Source: an uncultured Selenomonadales bacterium (GTDB taxonomy: Bacteria; Bacillota; Clostridia; Christensenellales; QALW01). Taken from it: DNA of 64,000 nt. Positions 21,284 to 30,521 of the stretch are shown piece after piece (the first letter of the stretch is position 1; each line of letters starts with the position of its first letter). Both the position numbers and the translations under genes were made by a program. Location: contig CAJKLB010000009.1 in the NCBI GenBank assembly GCA_905200615.1, forward strand, positions 2,143 to 66,142. The letters run 5' to 3'. Under the pieces are notes generated by a model, which saw nothing but the letters and a program-made list of their open reading frames with translations, was not told where the DNA came from and searched no databases.

Positions 21284-22381
21284 ATGCCGCCGCTGTGTTT
21301 ATTGATTAAACCCGCATCGGGGTTGTGTAATTTACGCTGTCGTTATTGTTTTTATCATGATGAAACTTGTAACCGCAGTCAGAAAAGCTACGGTATTATG
21401 TCGGAAAATACATTGGAAGTGCTGATACAAAAAGCGTTAGAATTTGCCAAACAGGAATGTACCTTTGCTTTTCAAGGCGGTGAGCCGACTTTAGCCGGAC
21501 TGGAGTTTTTTCAGACGGCGGTGAAACTGCAAAAAAAATATAACAGGCAAAAAATAAAAATCTATAATACAATACAGACCAACGGTTTGCTTTTAGATGA
21601 TGCTTGGTGCGCTTTTTTGGCAGAAGAAAAATTTTTGGTAGGAATTTCTCTTGACGGAACCAAGGAGACCCATGATTTCTGCCGCGTATATCCCGATGGA
21701 AAAGGCAGCTATGCGCAGGTTATGCGTGCCGTGCGCTTTTTGGAAAAACACAAGGTGGATTTTAATATTCTTACGGTAGTTTATAATGCCACGGCAAGGC
21801 ATATCGTCAGTATTTACAAAGCATATAAAAAACAAAACTTCCGTTATTTGCAATTTATTCCTTGTTTGGATCCACTGGAAAAGCCTGCGGAGAGTTTTGC
21901 GCTTACGCCCGCGCGATACGCGGATTTTATGAAGCGGCTGTTTGATTGCTGGTATAAAGATTTGTTGAAAGGAAATTACATATCGATTCGGCAATTTGAT
22001 AATTATATCGGAATGCTGCAGGGGCGTCCGCCTGAATGCTGCGGCTTCAGCGGTATTTGCGCGCTTCAAAACGTTGTAGAAGCCGATGGAAGTGTTTATC
22101 CGTGTGATTTTTATGTTTTAGACGCGTATCGGCTTGGAAATCTTTGTGTTGACAGCTTTGAAAAAATCGCGCAAAAAGGAAAGGAGAGCGGATTCATCGA
22201 AGCTTCCGTACCGCTTCCGCAAAAATGCCGTGAATGCCAATATTTACAATTATGTCGCAACGGATGCCGCAGGCACAGGCTGGAAGGCCCGGCCGGCGTT
22301 AACCGTTTTTGTTCTGCTTATCAAGAATTTTTTGCCTATTCTTTTGACAGAATGTTGGATTTAGCGCGTAAATTAAAATAA
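21284..22381 (+). CDS. Anaerobic sulfatase-maturating enzyme (radical SAM/SPASM)
   Basis: Radical SAM motif CNLRCRYCFY, C-terminal SPASM cysteines CRECQYLQLCRNGCRR, and RBS AAGGAGAA. Confidence 0.88.
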   Translation: MPPLCLLIKPASGLCNLRCRYCFYHDETCNRSQKSYGIMSENTLEVLIQKALEFAKQECTFAFQGGEPTLAGLEFFQTAVKLQKKYNRQKIKIYNTIQTNGLLLDDAWCAFLAEEKFLVGISLDGTKETHDFCRVYPDGKGSYAQVMRAVRFLEKHKVDFNILTVVYNATARHIVSIYKAYKKQNFRYLQFIPCLDPLEKPAESFALTPARYADFMKRLFDCWYKDLLKGNYISIRQFDNYIGMLQGRPPECCGFSGICALQNVVEADGSVYPCDFYVLDAYRLGNLCVDSFEKIAQKGKESGFIEASVPLPQKCRECQYLQLCRNGCRRHRLEGPAGVNRFCSAYQEFFAYSFDRMLDLARKLK

Positions 22382-22466
22382 TTTCAGACTGTAGACAAAA
22401 CTGAATTTTGATTTTTTTCGGCGTTCAGACCATTTCGTTTTTCTTCGGCGACAGAGCCTTATAAGT

Positions 22467-22494
22467 GAAAAACCGCTTGATAAGCGGTTTTTTA
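22467..22494. terminator. Bidirectional intrinsic terminator
   Basis: AAAAACCGCTTGATAAGCGGTTTTTT: an 8-bp stem flanked by an A-run and a T-run. Confidence 0.8.
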
Positions 22495-22616
22495 AGGGAA
22501 CAGGGAGTATTGGAGAGGATAGAATGCAGTCCGAAAATCGACGAATTTCGAGTGAGAGCCCCCCCAACTAAGAGAGTGATGTCTTTGTTGACACTCCCAT
22601 GATTTTTATTCGTTTT

Positions 22617-23183
22617 TCAGAGGCCTAAAAAGCCATAGGCGACAAGACCTACTAAGCCTGATCCCAGTAAAATATAAATGGGACTGGGCTTATATTTTTT
22701 TAACACCAATAAGCCAATCAAAAAAACCGCTACGGCTAAAAAATTAAGGTCAGAAATTTGAAGAGAAAACGTTCCGCCCCAGAAAGCTACAACAATCAAC
22801 GTAAGAGCAGCTGCGGCAATTAAGCCTACGACTACGGGGCGCAAACCAGAGAGAATCCGTTGAACAGCGTTTAATTTCCGGAATTTTGTGTATAGAACGG
22901 CTAAAGTCGTAACAATAACGCAGGAAGGAACAATGCAGCCGAAAGTAGCGGCCAGCGCGCCGGGAATTCCCGCAACCTGGGTTCCGACAAAAGTAGCGGC
23001 ATTCAGGGTAATAGGACCGGGGGTCATTTCGGCAATCGTTACAACATCGGCGAATTCTTCCATTGTCAGCCATCCAAATCCGTTCACTATTTGACTTTGT
23101 ATCATCGGCATTGCCGCATAGCCTCCGCCGATGCTGAAAAGCCCTATTTGAAAAAAAGCCCAAAACAATTGTAAATAAATCAT
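22617..23183 (-). CDS. chrA: Chromate transporter family protein (short-chain CHR, half 2)
   Basis: 188 aa, hydrophobic. Motif FSIGGGYAAMP is typical of the CHR family. Confidence 0.8.
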   Translation of the reverse strand: MIYLQLFWAFFQIGLFSIGGGYAAMPMIQSQIVNGFGWLTMEEFADVVTIAEMTPGPITLNAATFVGTQVAGIPGALAATFGCIVPSCVIVTTLAVLYTKFRKLNAVQRILSGLRPVVVGLIAAAALTLIVVAFWGGTFSLQISDLNFLAVAVFLIGLLVLKKYKPSPIYILLGSGLVGLVAYGFLGL

Positions 23184-23187
23184 GCAA

Positions 23188-23739
23188 TCATCCCTCCTTT
23201 TTGAAAAGCAGGAGTCCTGCCAGAGCGCCTACGGCGATAACAAAAATGACATTTACATTAAAAACGGCTACGGCGATAAAGGCTCCGAGTGTAAGAAGTA
23301 GGGGAATGATGCGTTTGTTTTTTATCAGTGTACCCGCCATGGAAATAACGACATCCACAATAACAGCGGCGACGCCGGCCTGCATTCCTTTCAGTATGCT
23401 TTGAATGAAATGGTTTTCTGCAAAAGCGGAATAACCGAAAGATATTATAGAAAGGATGACCAGCGGAGGAAGAATTGTGGCCAGAACTGCCGTTAAGGCA
23501 CCTAAAAATCCGGCCAACCGGTATCCTAACAATAACGAAGCATTTACAGCAATCGCACCGGGAGAAGATTGCGCAATCGCCGTAAAATCCAGCATCTCTT
23601 GTTCATCAATCCAGCCCAGCTCTTCAACAAACTTTTTTCGCATAAGCGAAACGATCACAAAACCTCCGCCAAAAGTGAAAGTGCTGATCTGCAATGTGGT
23701 TAAGAAGAATTTCAGATAAAATTTAAAGTTTTTTTGCAT
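23188..23739 (-). CDS. chrA: Chromate transporter family protein (short-chain CHR, half 1)
   Basis: Motifs FTFGGGFVIVSL and AIAQSSPGAIAVN. The ATG at 23739 has an AAGGAG RBS and is preferred over 23823. Confidence 0.8.
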   Translation of the reverse strand: MQKNFKFYLKFFLTTLQISTFTFGGGFVIVSLMRKKFVEELGWIDEQEMLDFTAIAQSSPGAIAVNASLLLGYRLAGFLGALTAVLATILPPLVILSIISFGYSAFAENHFIQSILKGMQAGVAAVIVDVVISMAGTLIKNKRIIPLLLTLGAFIAVAVFNVNVIFVIAVGALAGLLLFKKEG

Positions 23740-24084
23740 GAAACGCTCCTTTCTGAGTTTTATATTTATTATACTACTTTTTTTGATATAAGTAAAATTG
23801 TGAATTTTATAATCTGATTTCATTGTTCCTTAATAAAATAAGGAATGCTGTTGTAAAACAATAGAGTTCAATAAAAAGCGAGGCGGAAGATTACATCGGT
23901 ATCAAGAGTGAAATTTTTTGGAGCGTATCGAAAAAGTGGACACGGTTTAAAGATAACGCATTTTTCGTTCAAAAATCAAAAAATTCAGAACGGAAATTTA
24001 TTCTCCTAAAATTCCGATATGCTTGAAGGATTTATGTAGATTTTTCTTAAAAACTGTTTTTTATCGCGTTTATCAGCGAAAAAA

Positions 24085-24116
24085 TAAAATGCGGCGTTGC
24101 CGCCGCAAAAAATTTA
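24085..24116 (-). terminator. Intrinsic terminator after the cysteine desulfurase gene
   Basis: GC-rich hairpin GCGGCG-TTGC-CGCCGC with a T-run on the minus strand. Confidence 0.75.
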
Positions 24117-24167
24117 TTTTAAACTTCTTAGTAATCTGTAGAGAAGTCTTTTTCAGTAAATTTTATT

Positions 24168-25307
24168 TTAAATTTTTTGTGCAATTTCACTTACGGCGTT
24201 GATTGCAGTTAAAATTTCTTTTTTGGTATTAAAAACGCTGAGGCTTAAACGTACCGCGCCTTGCTTTTCCGTGCCCAAATATCGATGCACCATAGGCGCG
24301 CAGTGAAATCCGCCCCGGGAAGCGATAGAATATTTTTTATCAAGAATATCCGCAACAAACGCCGAATCGGTATCACCTATATTAAAGGCGATAACGCCGC
24401 TTTTCACTTTTGAAGGGGAATAGACCGTTACACCTTTTATATCGGCAAGACCGTTGCGCAGAAGCTGTGCAAGAAATATTTCATGCGCCAATATCTTTTC
24501 CCGATTTTCTGCGGAAAACAAAATCCCCTTTTCCAGTGCGGCTATATTTTGTGTAGCAAGTGTTCCGCTTTCAAGATAATCCGGCATTTCCTTCGGTTGC
24601 AGAAGCTCTAAGGAGTGACTTCCGGTTCCGCCGTGGCGCAGCGGCCTTGGAAGCGGAGCACCGTCGTTTATAGCAAGCAAACCGATTCCCTGAGGACCGT
24701 ATAGGCCTTTATGGCCGGCACAGCATATATAATCAATATTCATATCCGTGGCGTTGATTTCTTGTGTTCCTGCGGCTTGAGCGCAATCCACAATAAATAA
24801 TATACCGTATTTTCTGCATACTTTTCCGATTGCTTTTATATCCTGTACATGACCGGTTACGTTTGATACGTAATTTACGATCACAGCTTTTGTATTTGTC
24901 TGGATTTCATTTTCTATTTGTTTGGCGGAAATAGTACCGTTCTCATCGGGAAAAAGAACAGAATATCCTATATCAAAAGTTGTTTTTAAATATTCAAGCG
25001 GCCGCAGAACAGAATTGTGTTCGTAGGCAGTTGTTATGATATGATCACCCGGATAAAAAAGCCCCTTGATGGCAATGTTTAAGGCATCGGTACAGCCAAA
25101 AGTAAAAACGATGTTTTCAATATTTTTTATTCCTAAAAAATCGGCCGCAACAGAACGTGTCTGCATGACGATTTCGGCAGCCTTTAATGAGGCTCTATGT
25201 CCGCTCCGTCCTGAATTGGCCGAAAAAAAACGAAAAACTTCATTACTGCGCAAGTACACTTCATTAGGTTTGTAAAGCGTAGTGGCAGCATTGTCAAGAT
25301 ATATCAT
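24168..25307 (-). CDS. Class V aminotransferase / cysteine desulfurase family protein
   Basis: 379 aa with PLP-lysine context CCAGHKGLYGPQGIG. N-terminus is MIYLDNAATT. Confidence 0.88.
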   Translation of the reverse strand: MIYLDNAATTLYKPNEVYLRSNEVFRFFSANSGRSGHRASLKAAEIVMQTRSVAADFLGIKNIENIVFTFGCTDALNIAIKGLFYPGDHIITTAYEHNSVLRPLEYLKTTFDIGYSVLFPDENGTISAKQIENEIQTNTKAVIVNYVSNVTGHVQDIKAIGKVCRKYGILFIVDCAQAAGTQEINATDMNIDYICCAGHKGLYGPQGIGLLAINDGAPLPRPLRHGGTGSHSLELLQPKEMPDYLESGTLATQNIAALEKGILFSAENREKILAHEIFLAQLLRNGLADIKGVTVYSPSKVKSGVIAFNIGDTDSAFVADILDKKYSIASRGGFHCAPMVHRYLGTEKQGAVRLSLSVFNTKKEILTAINAVSEIAQKI

Positions 25308-25380
25308 AATGTTTCTCCATTCACTTTTATTTGCTGCACATAATATATTATATTACAGAACTCAATGGGAGGATACAGTT

Positions 25381-25662
25381 ATGGGAGAGTTTGTTTTGGC
25401 CTCGTTTCGTTCAAGGACGCAGGTCATGTATTTTAATCGTATTTTAAACGGTGCAGGAATTAAAAGTGAAATTATCAATACTCCAAGAGAAATTGCAATA
25501 GGTTGCGGCCTTTCGGTAAAGATAGCAAAGTCAGATCTTGCGGCGGCACAGCAGCTGTATAATATTTATCATCCGACAAGCTTTGTGGGTTTTTATACGG
25601 TAGGACCGGATGAGCAAGGCAGAAAAATCATAGCTGTGCGTCAAAGCTGGACGGGAAATTAA
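25381..25662 (+). CDS. Small DUF3343-like putative S/Se carrier protein
   Basis: 93 aa starting MGEFVLASFRSRTQVMYFNRILNGAGI...GCGLSVK. RBS GGGAGG lies upstream of 25381. It is divergent from the desulfurase gene. Confidence 0.6.
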   Translation: MGEFVLASFRSRTQVMYFNRILNGAGIKSEIINTPREIAIGCGLSVKIAKSDLAAAQQLYNIYHPTSFVGFYTVGPDEQGRKIIAVRQSWTGN

Positions 25663-26281
25663 ACAGAATGATCAACAAGTAAAAATATGAACTAAATTTT
25701 AATAATATCGGATAAGTTATTTTCAATAATCGATGAGTATAAAAAAGCCTGATTTTTATGGAATTTGGAAAAACATAGAACAGGAGAATTGCAAGACGAA
25801 AGAAAAATTCTTTGAATAAAAAGAATTTTTGAGGTATAAATCCGTTAAAAAAGCGTTTCGGTTCTAACTTATTTGTGTAATCTCAAAGTTCCGGATAAAA
25901 AGCAAACGTATGACGATGGTGATTTTTGTATGAATATCCAAGCACTTTAGAGGTTATATGAAAATGATGTTTTGCCTGGTATAAAACAAAAAATTTATTG
26001 TTTGGTAGGAAAGAATCATTTTTATTAAAAATACAGATATTTTTTATAAATGTCATTCGTTTTATAACCAAACACTTACGCGCTGAACGAAGCGACTGTT
26101 AAATTTTTATGGTTTTAACCTTAAAAATATTTTATTTTTTGGAGCAACAGAAATTCTTTTTTTGTTTTACGCAAGCCGTATTCATTCAAAAAAAAACAAA
26201 AAGAGCTGCAGAAAATTATCTTTTATAAAACTGCTGCAACTCTTTTTTTGCTTGATTTTTACGTTGCTTTTTGCAAAAAAA

Positions 26282-27547
26282 TTATATTGCGGCGCCGTCC
26301 TTTATTAATTGCTGCCGCAAAGCAGAAATATCAATTTCCAAAGGTTTAAGGTTTTGCTCAGCCGCCAATGCCGCTGCGGTTCCGGCAGCTTGGCCGATAC
26401 AGCAAACAATGGGCATAATACGTATAGAGGCCTGTGCTTCATGCGTAACGGAAATACATCTTCCGGCCACCAGCAAATTATCGATATTCTGCGGAAGCAA
26501 AGAGCGATAGGGAATACTGTAATACTTTCCTTGCGGAAAAAAATAATGGCTGGTACCGCTGCCTTCGGGATTATGAATATCGATATCGTAATTACCCAAA
26601 GCAATAGAATCTTCAAATTGAACGCAATTGATTAAATCTTCTTGACTCAATTTATAAATACCGTCAATCATCCGGCTTTCACGAACGCCGATTTCCGAGG
26701 CGGTGGACAAAAGTATGCCGTTTGCAAAAGAAGTAAAATTTTCTTTCAAAAAATTGAACAGTTCAAATACTTGTTCCCTTGCTTCTATTTCTGCTTTTGT
26801 AATATCAAAGGCGTCCGTGGGATTCCGTTTTACGATACGAGTGGAATTGAAATGAATTACATTTTCCATAGTGTTAGGAAACACCAAAATATCCTCGCGC
26901 GGATTTTTTATTTTTCCTTGTTTTTGAAATTCATTGTAAAGCGCGTTGATTTCCTGTCTCTGCCGGTTGAATTCTTTTATGTCTACATTTCCTATCCGAA
27001 AACTTAACGTCATAGGCTGGCATAAATGATCCTCACTGCGGCCGAGCGTATAAGGGCAGCCGGCTTTATAGGCAATATCGGCATCGCCGGTTGCATCGAT
27101 AAAATAGCGCGCCTCTAAATCCATGAGTCCTGATTTATTAGCTACTGTTATTTGGGTAATTCGCTGTTCTTCTTTTTTTGTTTGCGTAATGTAAGAATGA
27201 AATAATAAATCTACTCCGGCATCTGACGCCATGCGGTTTAAAATCAGTTTTAAATATTCTTCATTAAAGCACTGGGTTTCTTCAATGGATTTGTTTTGAT
27301 ACAATCCCCCCATTTCTTCAAGGCTTCGGGTTATTTCCTCAAAAATACCTTGACTTAAATAAAAACGTTTTCCGTCTTTTATCGTCCAGTAAGGCATAAA
27401 GGGATTGATTAAACAATTTACGCATGTTCCGCCCAAAGCGTTTGCTTTTTCCACAAGCAGCACCGACGCCCCCATCCGCGCCGCGGCAATAGCGGCGGCT
27501 GCTCCGGCAAAGCCGCCTCCGGCTACAATTACATCATATTGTTTCAT
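26282..27547 (-). CDS. FAD-dependent oxidoreductase
   Basis: MKQYDVIVAGGGFAGAAAAIAAARMG dinucleotide fold. The start at 27547 is preferred over 27664. Confidence 0.8.
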   Translation of the reverse strand: MKQYDVIVAGGGFAGAAAAIAAARMGASVLLVEKANALGGTCVNCLINPFMPYWTIKDGKRFYLSQGIFEEITRSLEEMGGLYQNKSIEETQCFNEEYLKLILNRMASDAGVDLLFHSYITQTKKEEQRITQITVANKSGLMDLEARYFIDATGDADIAYKAGCPYTLGRSEDHLCQPMTLSFRIGNVDIKEFNRQRQEINALYNEFQKQGKIKNPREDILVFPNTMENVIHFNSTRIVKRNPTDAFDITKAEIEAREQVFELFNFLKENFTSFANGILLSTASEIGVRESRMIDGIYKLSQEDLINCVQFEDSIALGNYDIDIHNPEGSGTSHYFFPQGKYYSIPYRSLLPQNIDNLLVAGRCISVTHEAQASIRIMPIVCCIGQAAGTAAALAAEQNLKPLEIDISALRQQLIKDGAAI

Positions 27548-27684
27548 TTTTTCACTTCCCGTATTTTTTATAACAGTATAAAATAAAATACGGTTTTTCT
27601 CAAGACGAATGTTGAAAATTATAAGACAGATTTTGCACTGTTGATTTACGCAGCAAGAAAACAAAATATTTCGGCGTATAAAAT

Positions 27685-28377
27685 TTAAATCAGTACCGAA
27701 TTTTTTTCGCTTTTTTTATAAATGCGAAGGGTACTGTTATCACAGATGACGGCTAAAAAAATATCTTCTTTTTTTATGTTTTGTTTTGCAAGTTCTTTTT
27801 CCAGCCATTTTTCATTTTTTTTGCAAAACTTTAGATTTTTAGTAAATACTCTTCCGTCGGCAATCACACTAACATCCGGATAGGCCTGAGCAACTTGTAC
27901 ATTCATATCTTTCGGTGTTGCGGGACGGGCGGTGCTTACCGGTAAAATACTGATTTTTCCGTTTCGTTCAAAGACGGCTAATTGAATGTCCGCTAAATTA
28001 AAAAAACCTTTCTGCCGACAGGAACAAAGAAACTCTCCGATATCTATTTTTGCTTTCTTAAAGCTTTCTTTGTATAAAATTCCGTTTTCCATTAAAATAT
28101 ATGTTTTTCCTTCTAAAAAAACTTGAAGTATGGAAAATTTGTTTGAAAGGTAAGGCATACATGCCGTTAATATGCCGTAGATGGTCATGGCAATCAAAGG
28201 TTCTGCAATATTTTCAATATTGATAGCGAATTCCGCGGCAATGGATCCTATGGTAATACTGCTGATATAATCAAAAATTCCCATTTCGGAAATCTGACGG
28301 TTTCCCGTAAGTTTAGTAAGAAAGAATAAATAAAGAAAAGAGCCTGCTGATGTAAATACGATAAATAAATAATTCAT
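27685..28377 (-). CDS. DUF421/YetF-family membrane protein
   Basis: 230 aa. Has N-terminal transmembrane (TM) helices and LTGNRQISEMGIFDY, typical of YetF-like proteins. Confidence 0.7.
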   Translation of the reverse strand: MNYLFIVFTSAGSFLYLFFLTKLTGNRQISEMGIFDYISSITIGSIAAEFAINIENIAEPLIAMTIYGILTACMPYLSNKFSILQVFLEGKTYILMENGILYKESFKKAKIDIGEFLCSCRQKGFFNLADIQLAVFERNGKISILPVSTARPATPKDMNVQVAQAYPDVSVIADGRVFTKNLKFCKKNEKWLEKELAKQNIKKEDIFLAVICDNSTLRIYKKSEKNSVLI

Positions 28378-28434
28378 AAAAATTCTCCGTTATTTGAATA
28401 CCTTTTTGTGCATATGCTTAATCGGTGATAGTAT

Positions 28435-29559
28435 ATGAAAAATATTTTTAGGGGATTCGTTGCTATAATTATTATCCTTTTTATGATTTTTACTCCCCGA
28501 TTTTTGCTTCCCGCATTAAATGCGGATGTTATCAGTGACGAGATGTATGCACGAAGAGAAAAATTCTACTACGGTGTAATCAACGTCTGGCAAGTTGATT
28601 GCTTTGACGGCGGTACCGGCAGCCGCGCTATTTGGTTAAAAAATATATGTTCCGGTTTTGAAAGACAATATAACGGCGTTTATATCAATGTAGAATCGAT
28701 TTCTCTTACGATGGCGAATCAATTGATTTCAGAGGGAAAAAAACTGCCGGATATTATTTCTTTCGGCTCAGGAATTGCTCTGAGTTCGGAAAATTTTGAA
28801 CCTTTATCTTTAAACTTAACACAGGTGCGCAGTGAAATTTTAGATGTGTGCGGTGAAACAGCCGTTCCCTGGTGTATGGGGGCGTATTTTATGATTTCCT
28901 GTGACGGAGATAAAAATCACTGGGGAAACGACGGAAGAGTTGTATCGAATAAAAAGAGCAGCAAAACGGTTTATTCTGTGGGAATTGCCGAACGTGCGGG
29001 CTATCTCGCGCCTCTGGCGCTGATTCAGTACTGCGGGGAAGAAAATTTATCTGCTTTTCATCAGGAACTTTCGGTTTGCAGCGGTACATCACAGGAAATG
29101 TTTGAAGCCTATAATTATTCTCAAAAAATAAATCATATGTTAGGCACACAAAGGGATCTTTATCGTTTAAACGCCGCTGACAGCCGTGAAATGGGAAGAA
29201 GCAGCACGCTTTCGCTTTTGAGCGGCTACAACGATTTGTTTCAATATATCGGCATTCTGAAAACCGAGGATGAAAAAAAAGTTTATACGATGAATGCGTT
29301 TATTCAATATTTGCTGGAGGAAAGCCAACAAAGCAAGCTGGGGGAGATCGGACTTTTTCCGGTAAACAGCAGTGCGACGCCGGAATATAATAATCAATAT
29401 ATGCTTGAGGCATGGGAACAGGTAAAAAAGTCTTCGTTTCATTGCCGAAGCTTGGTATTTGAAGGGGAATATGCGCAGCAGCTGAATCAAAAAATCTTTT
29501 CTTGGCTGAAGGGATCGGAAGAAAAGCCGGAGGAAATGTTAAAAAATCTTATTGAATAA
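28435..29559 (+). CDS. Membrane-anchored protein with a solute-binding-protein-like ectodomain (hypothetical)
   Basis: 374 aa. Has one N-terminal TM segment (FVAIIIILFMIF). The remainder loosely resembles a family-1 extracellular solute-binding fold. Confidence 0.5.
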   Translation: MKNIFRGFVAIIIILFMIFTPRFLLPALNADVISDEMYARREKFYYGVINVWQVDCFDGGTGSRAIWLKNICSGFERQYNGVYINVESISLTMANQLISEGKKLPDIISFGSGIALSSENFEPLSLNLTQVRSEILDVCGETAVPWCMGAYFMISCDGDKNHWGNDGRVVSNKKSSKTVYSVGIAERAGYLAPLALIQYCGEENLSAFHQELSVCSGTSQEMFEAYNYSQKINHMLGTQRDLYRLNAADSREMGRSSTLSLLSGYNDLFQYIGILKTEDEKKVYTMNAFIQYLLEESQQSKLGEIGLFPVNSSATPEYNNQYMLEAWEQVKKSSFHCRSLVFEGEYAQQLNQKIFSWLKGSEEKPEEMLKNLIE

Positions 29560-29609
29560 ATTCCTGTTTTGCGGTATAATAATTGAGAATATAGTTCGGG
29601 AGGAACAGC

Positions 29610-30518
29610 ATGTCTGTTGATCAGTTAAAAGAGTTTATCGCCCATAACGGTTTTGATTATATTTTTGATGTACCTATGAAAAATTATACGACTTTAAAAA
29701 TCGGCGGCAAAGCGGATATTATTGTACAGCCACGTTCAGCTGATGAGCTGGAACAACTGATTTTAAAAGCAAAGCAATATACTTCGCCTATATATTTTAT
29801 GGGAAACGGATCCAATATTTTGGTAAAGGATAACGGCGTAAGAGGCATGATTATCAAATTCGGTGCGAATATGGCATCAACCGAAATTGACGGGAATATC
29901 ATTTCGGCCGGTGCCGGTATCAGTATGGCGCATTTGGCATCTATTGCGGCAGAAAATTCTCTTGCGGGGTTTGAGTTTGCCTCAGGGATTCCCGGCACCT
30001 TGGGCGGAGGAATTGTGATGAATGCCGGAGCTTATAAGGGGGAAATGGGCGATGTTGTCATTGAGGCAACCGCTTTGTGCGGCGATAGTTCCGTTGCGGT
30101 TTTAAAAAAAGAGGATTTGGATTTTTCTTATCGGCATAGTTGCTTTACCGGAAGCAATATGCTGGTTTTATCCGCAAAACTGTTGTTGCAAAAAGGAAAT
30201 AAAGAAGAGATTAAAAGCCGGATTCGCGAACTTGCGCAAAAACGTCGGACAACACAGCCTCTGGAATATCCCAGTGCAGGAAGCGCTTTTAAACGTCCGG
30301 CCAGCGGTTATGCGGCGGCGATGATTGATTCCTGCGGATTAAAGGGATATTGTGTGGGAGATGCGCAGGTATCGGAAAAGCACGCCGGTTTTGTTGTCAA
30401 TAAGGGAAATGCTACGGCAAGAGATGTTATAGAGCTGCTTACATATATACAAAAAACAGTAAAAGAAAATTTCAATACGGTTCTGGAACCGGAAATTATT
30501 ATAATGGGCGAGGATTAA
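29610..30518 (+). CDS. murB: UDP-N-acetylenolpyruvoylglucosamine reductase
   Basis: 302 aa with FAD-binding N-terminus and motifs GSAFKRP and EKHAGFVVN. Confidence 0.93.
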   Translation: MSVDQLKEFIAHNGFDYIFDVPMKNYTTLKIGGKADIIVQPRSADELEQLILKAKQYTSPIYFMGNGSNILVKDNGVRGMIIKFGANMASTEIDGNIISAGAGISMAHLASIAAENSLAGFEFASGIPGTLGGGIVMNAGAYKGEMGDVVIEATALCGDSSVAVLKKEDLDFSYRHSCFTGSNMLVLSAKLLLQKGNKEEIKSRIRELAQKRRTTQPLEYPSAGSAFKRPASGYAAAMIDSCGLKGYCVGDAQVSEKHAGFVVNKGNATARDVIELLTYIQKTVKENFNTVLEPEIIIMGED

Positions 30519-30521
30519 ACA

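Noticed and set aside
22617-23823. Split chrA as a frameshifted pseudogene
   Set aside because: The two halves are separate ORFs, and each has a CHR-domain motif. The upstream one has a clear AAGGAG RBS. Paired short-chain CHR genes are a known arrangement.
25883-26071. 62-aa ORF in the long AT-rich gap
   Set aside because: It has a TTG start and no RBS. Its Lys/Asn/Phe/Ile-rich composition simply reflects AT-rich DNA.
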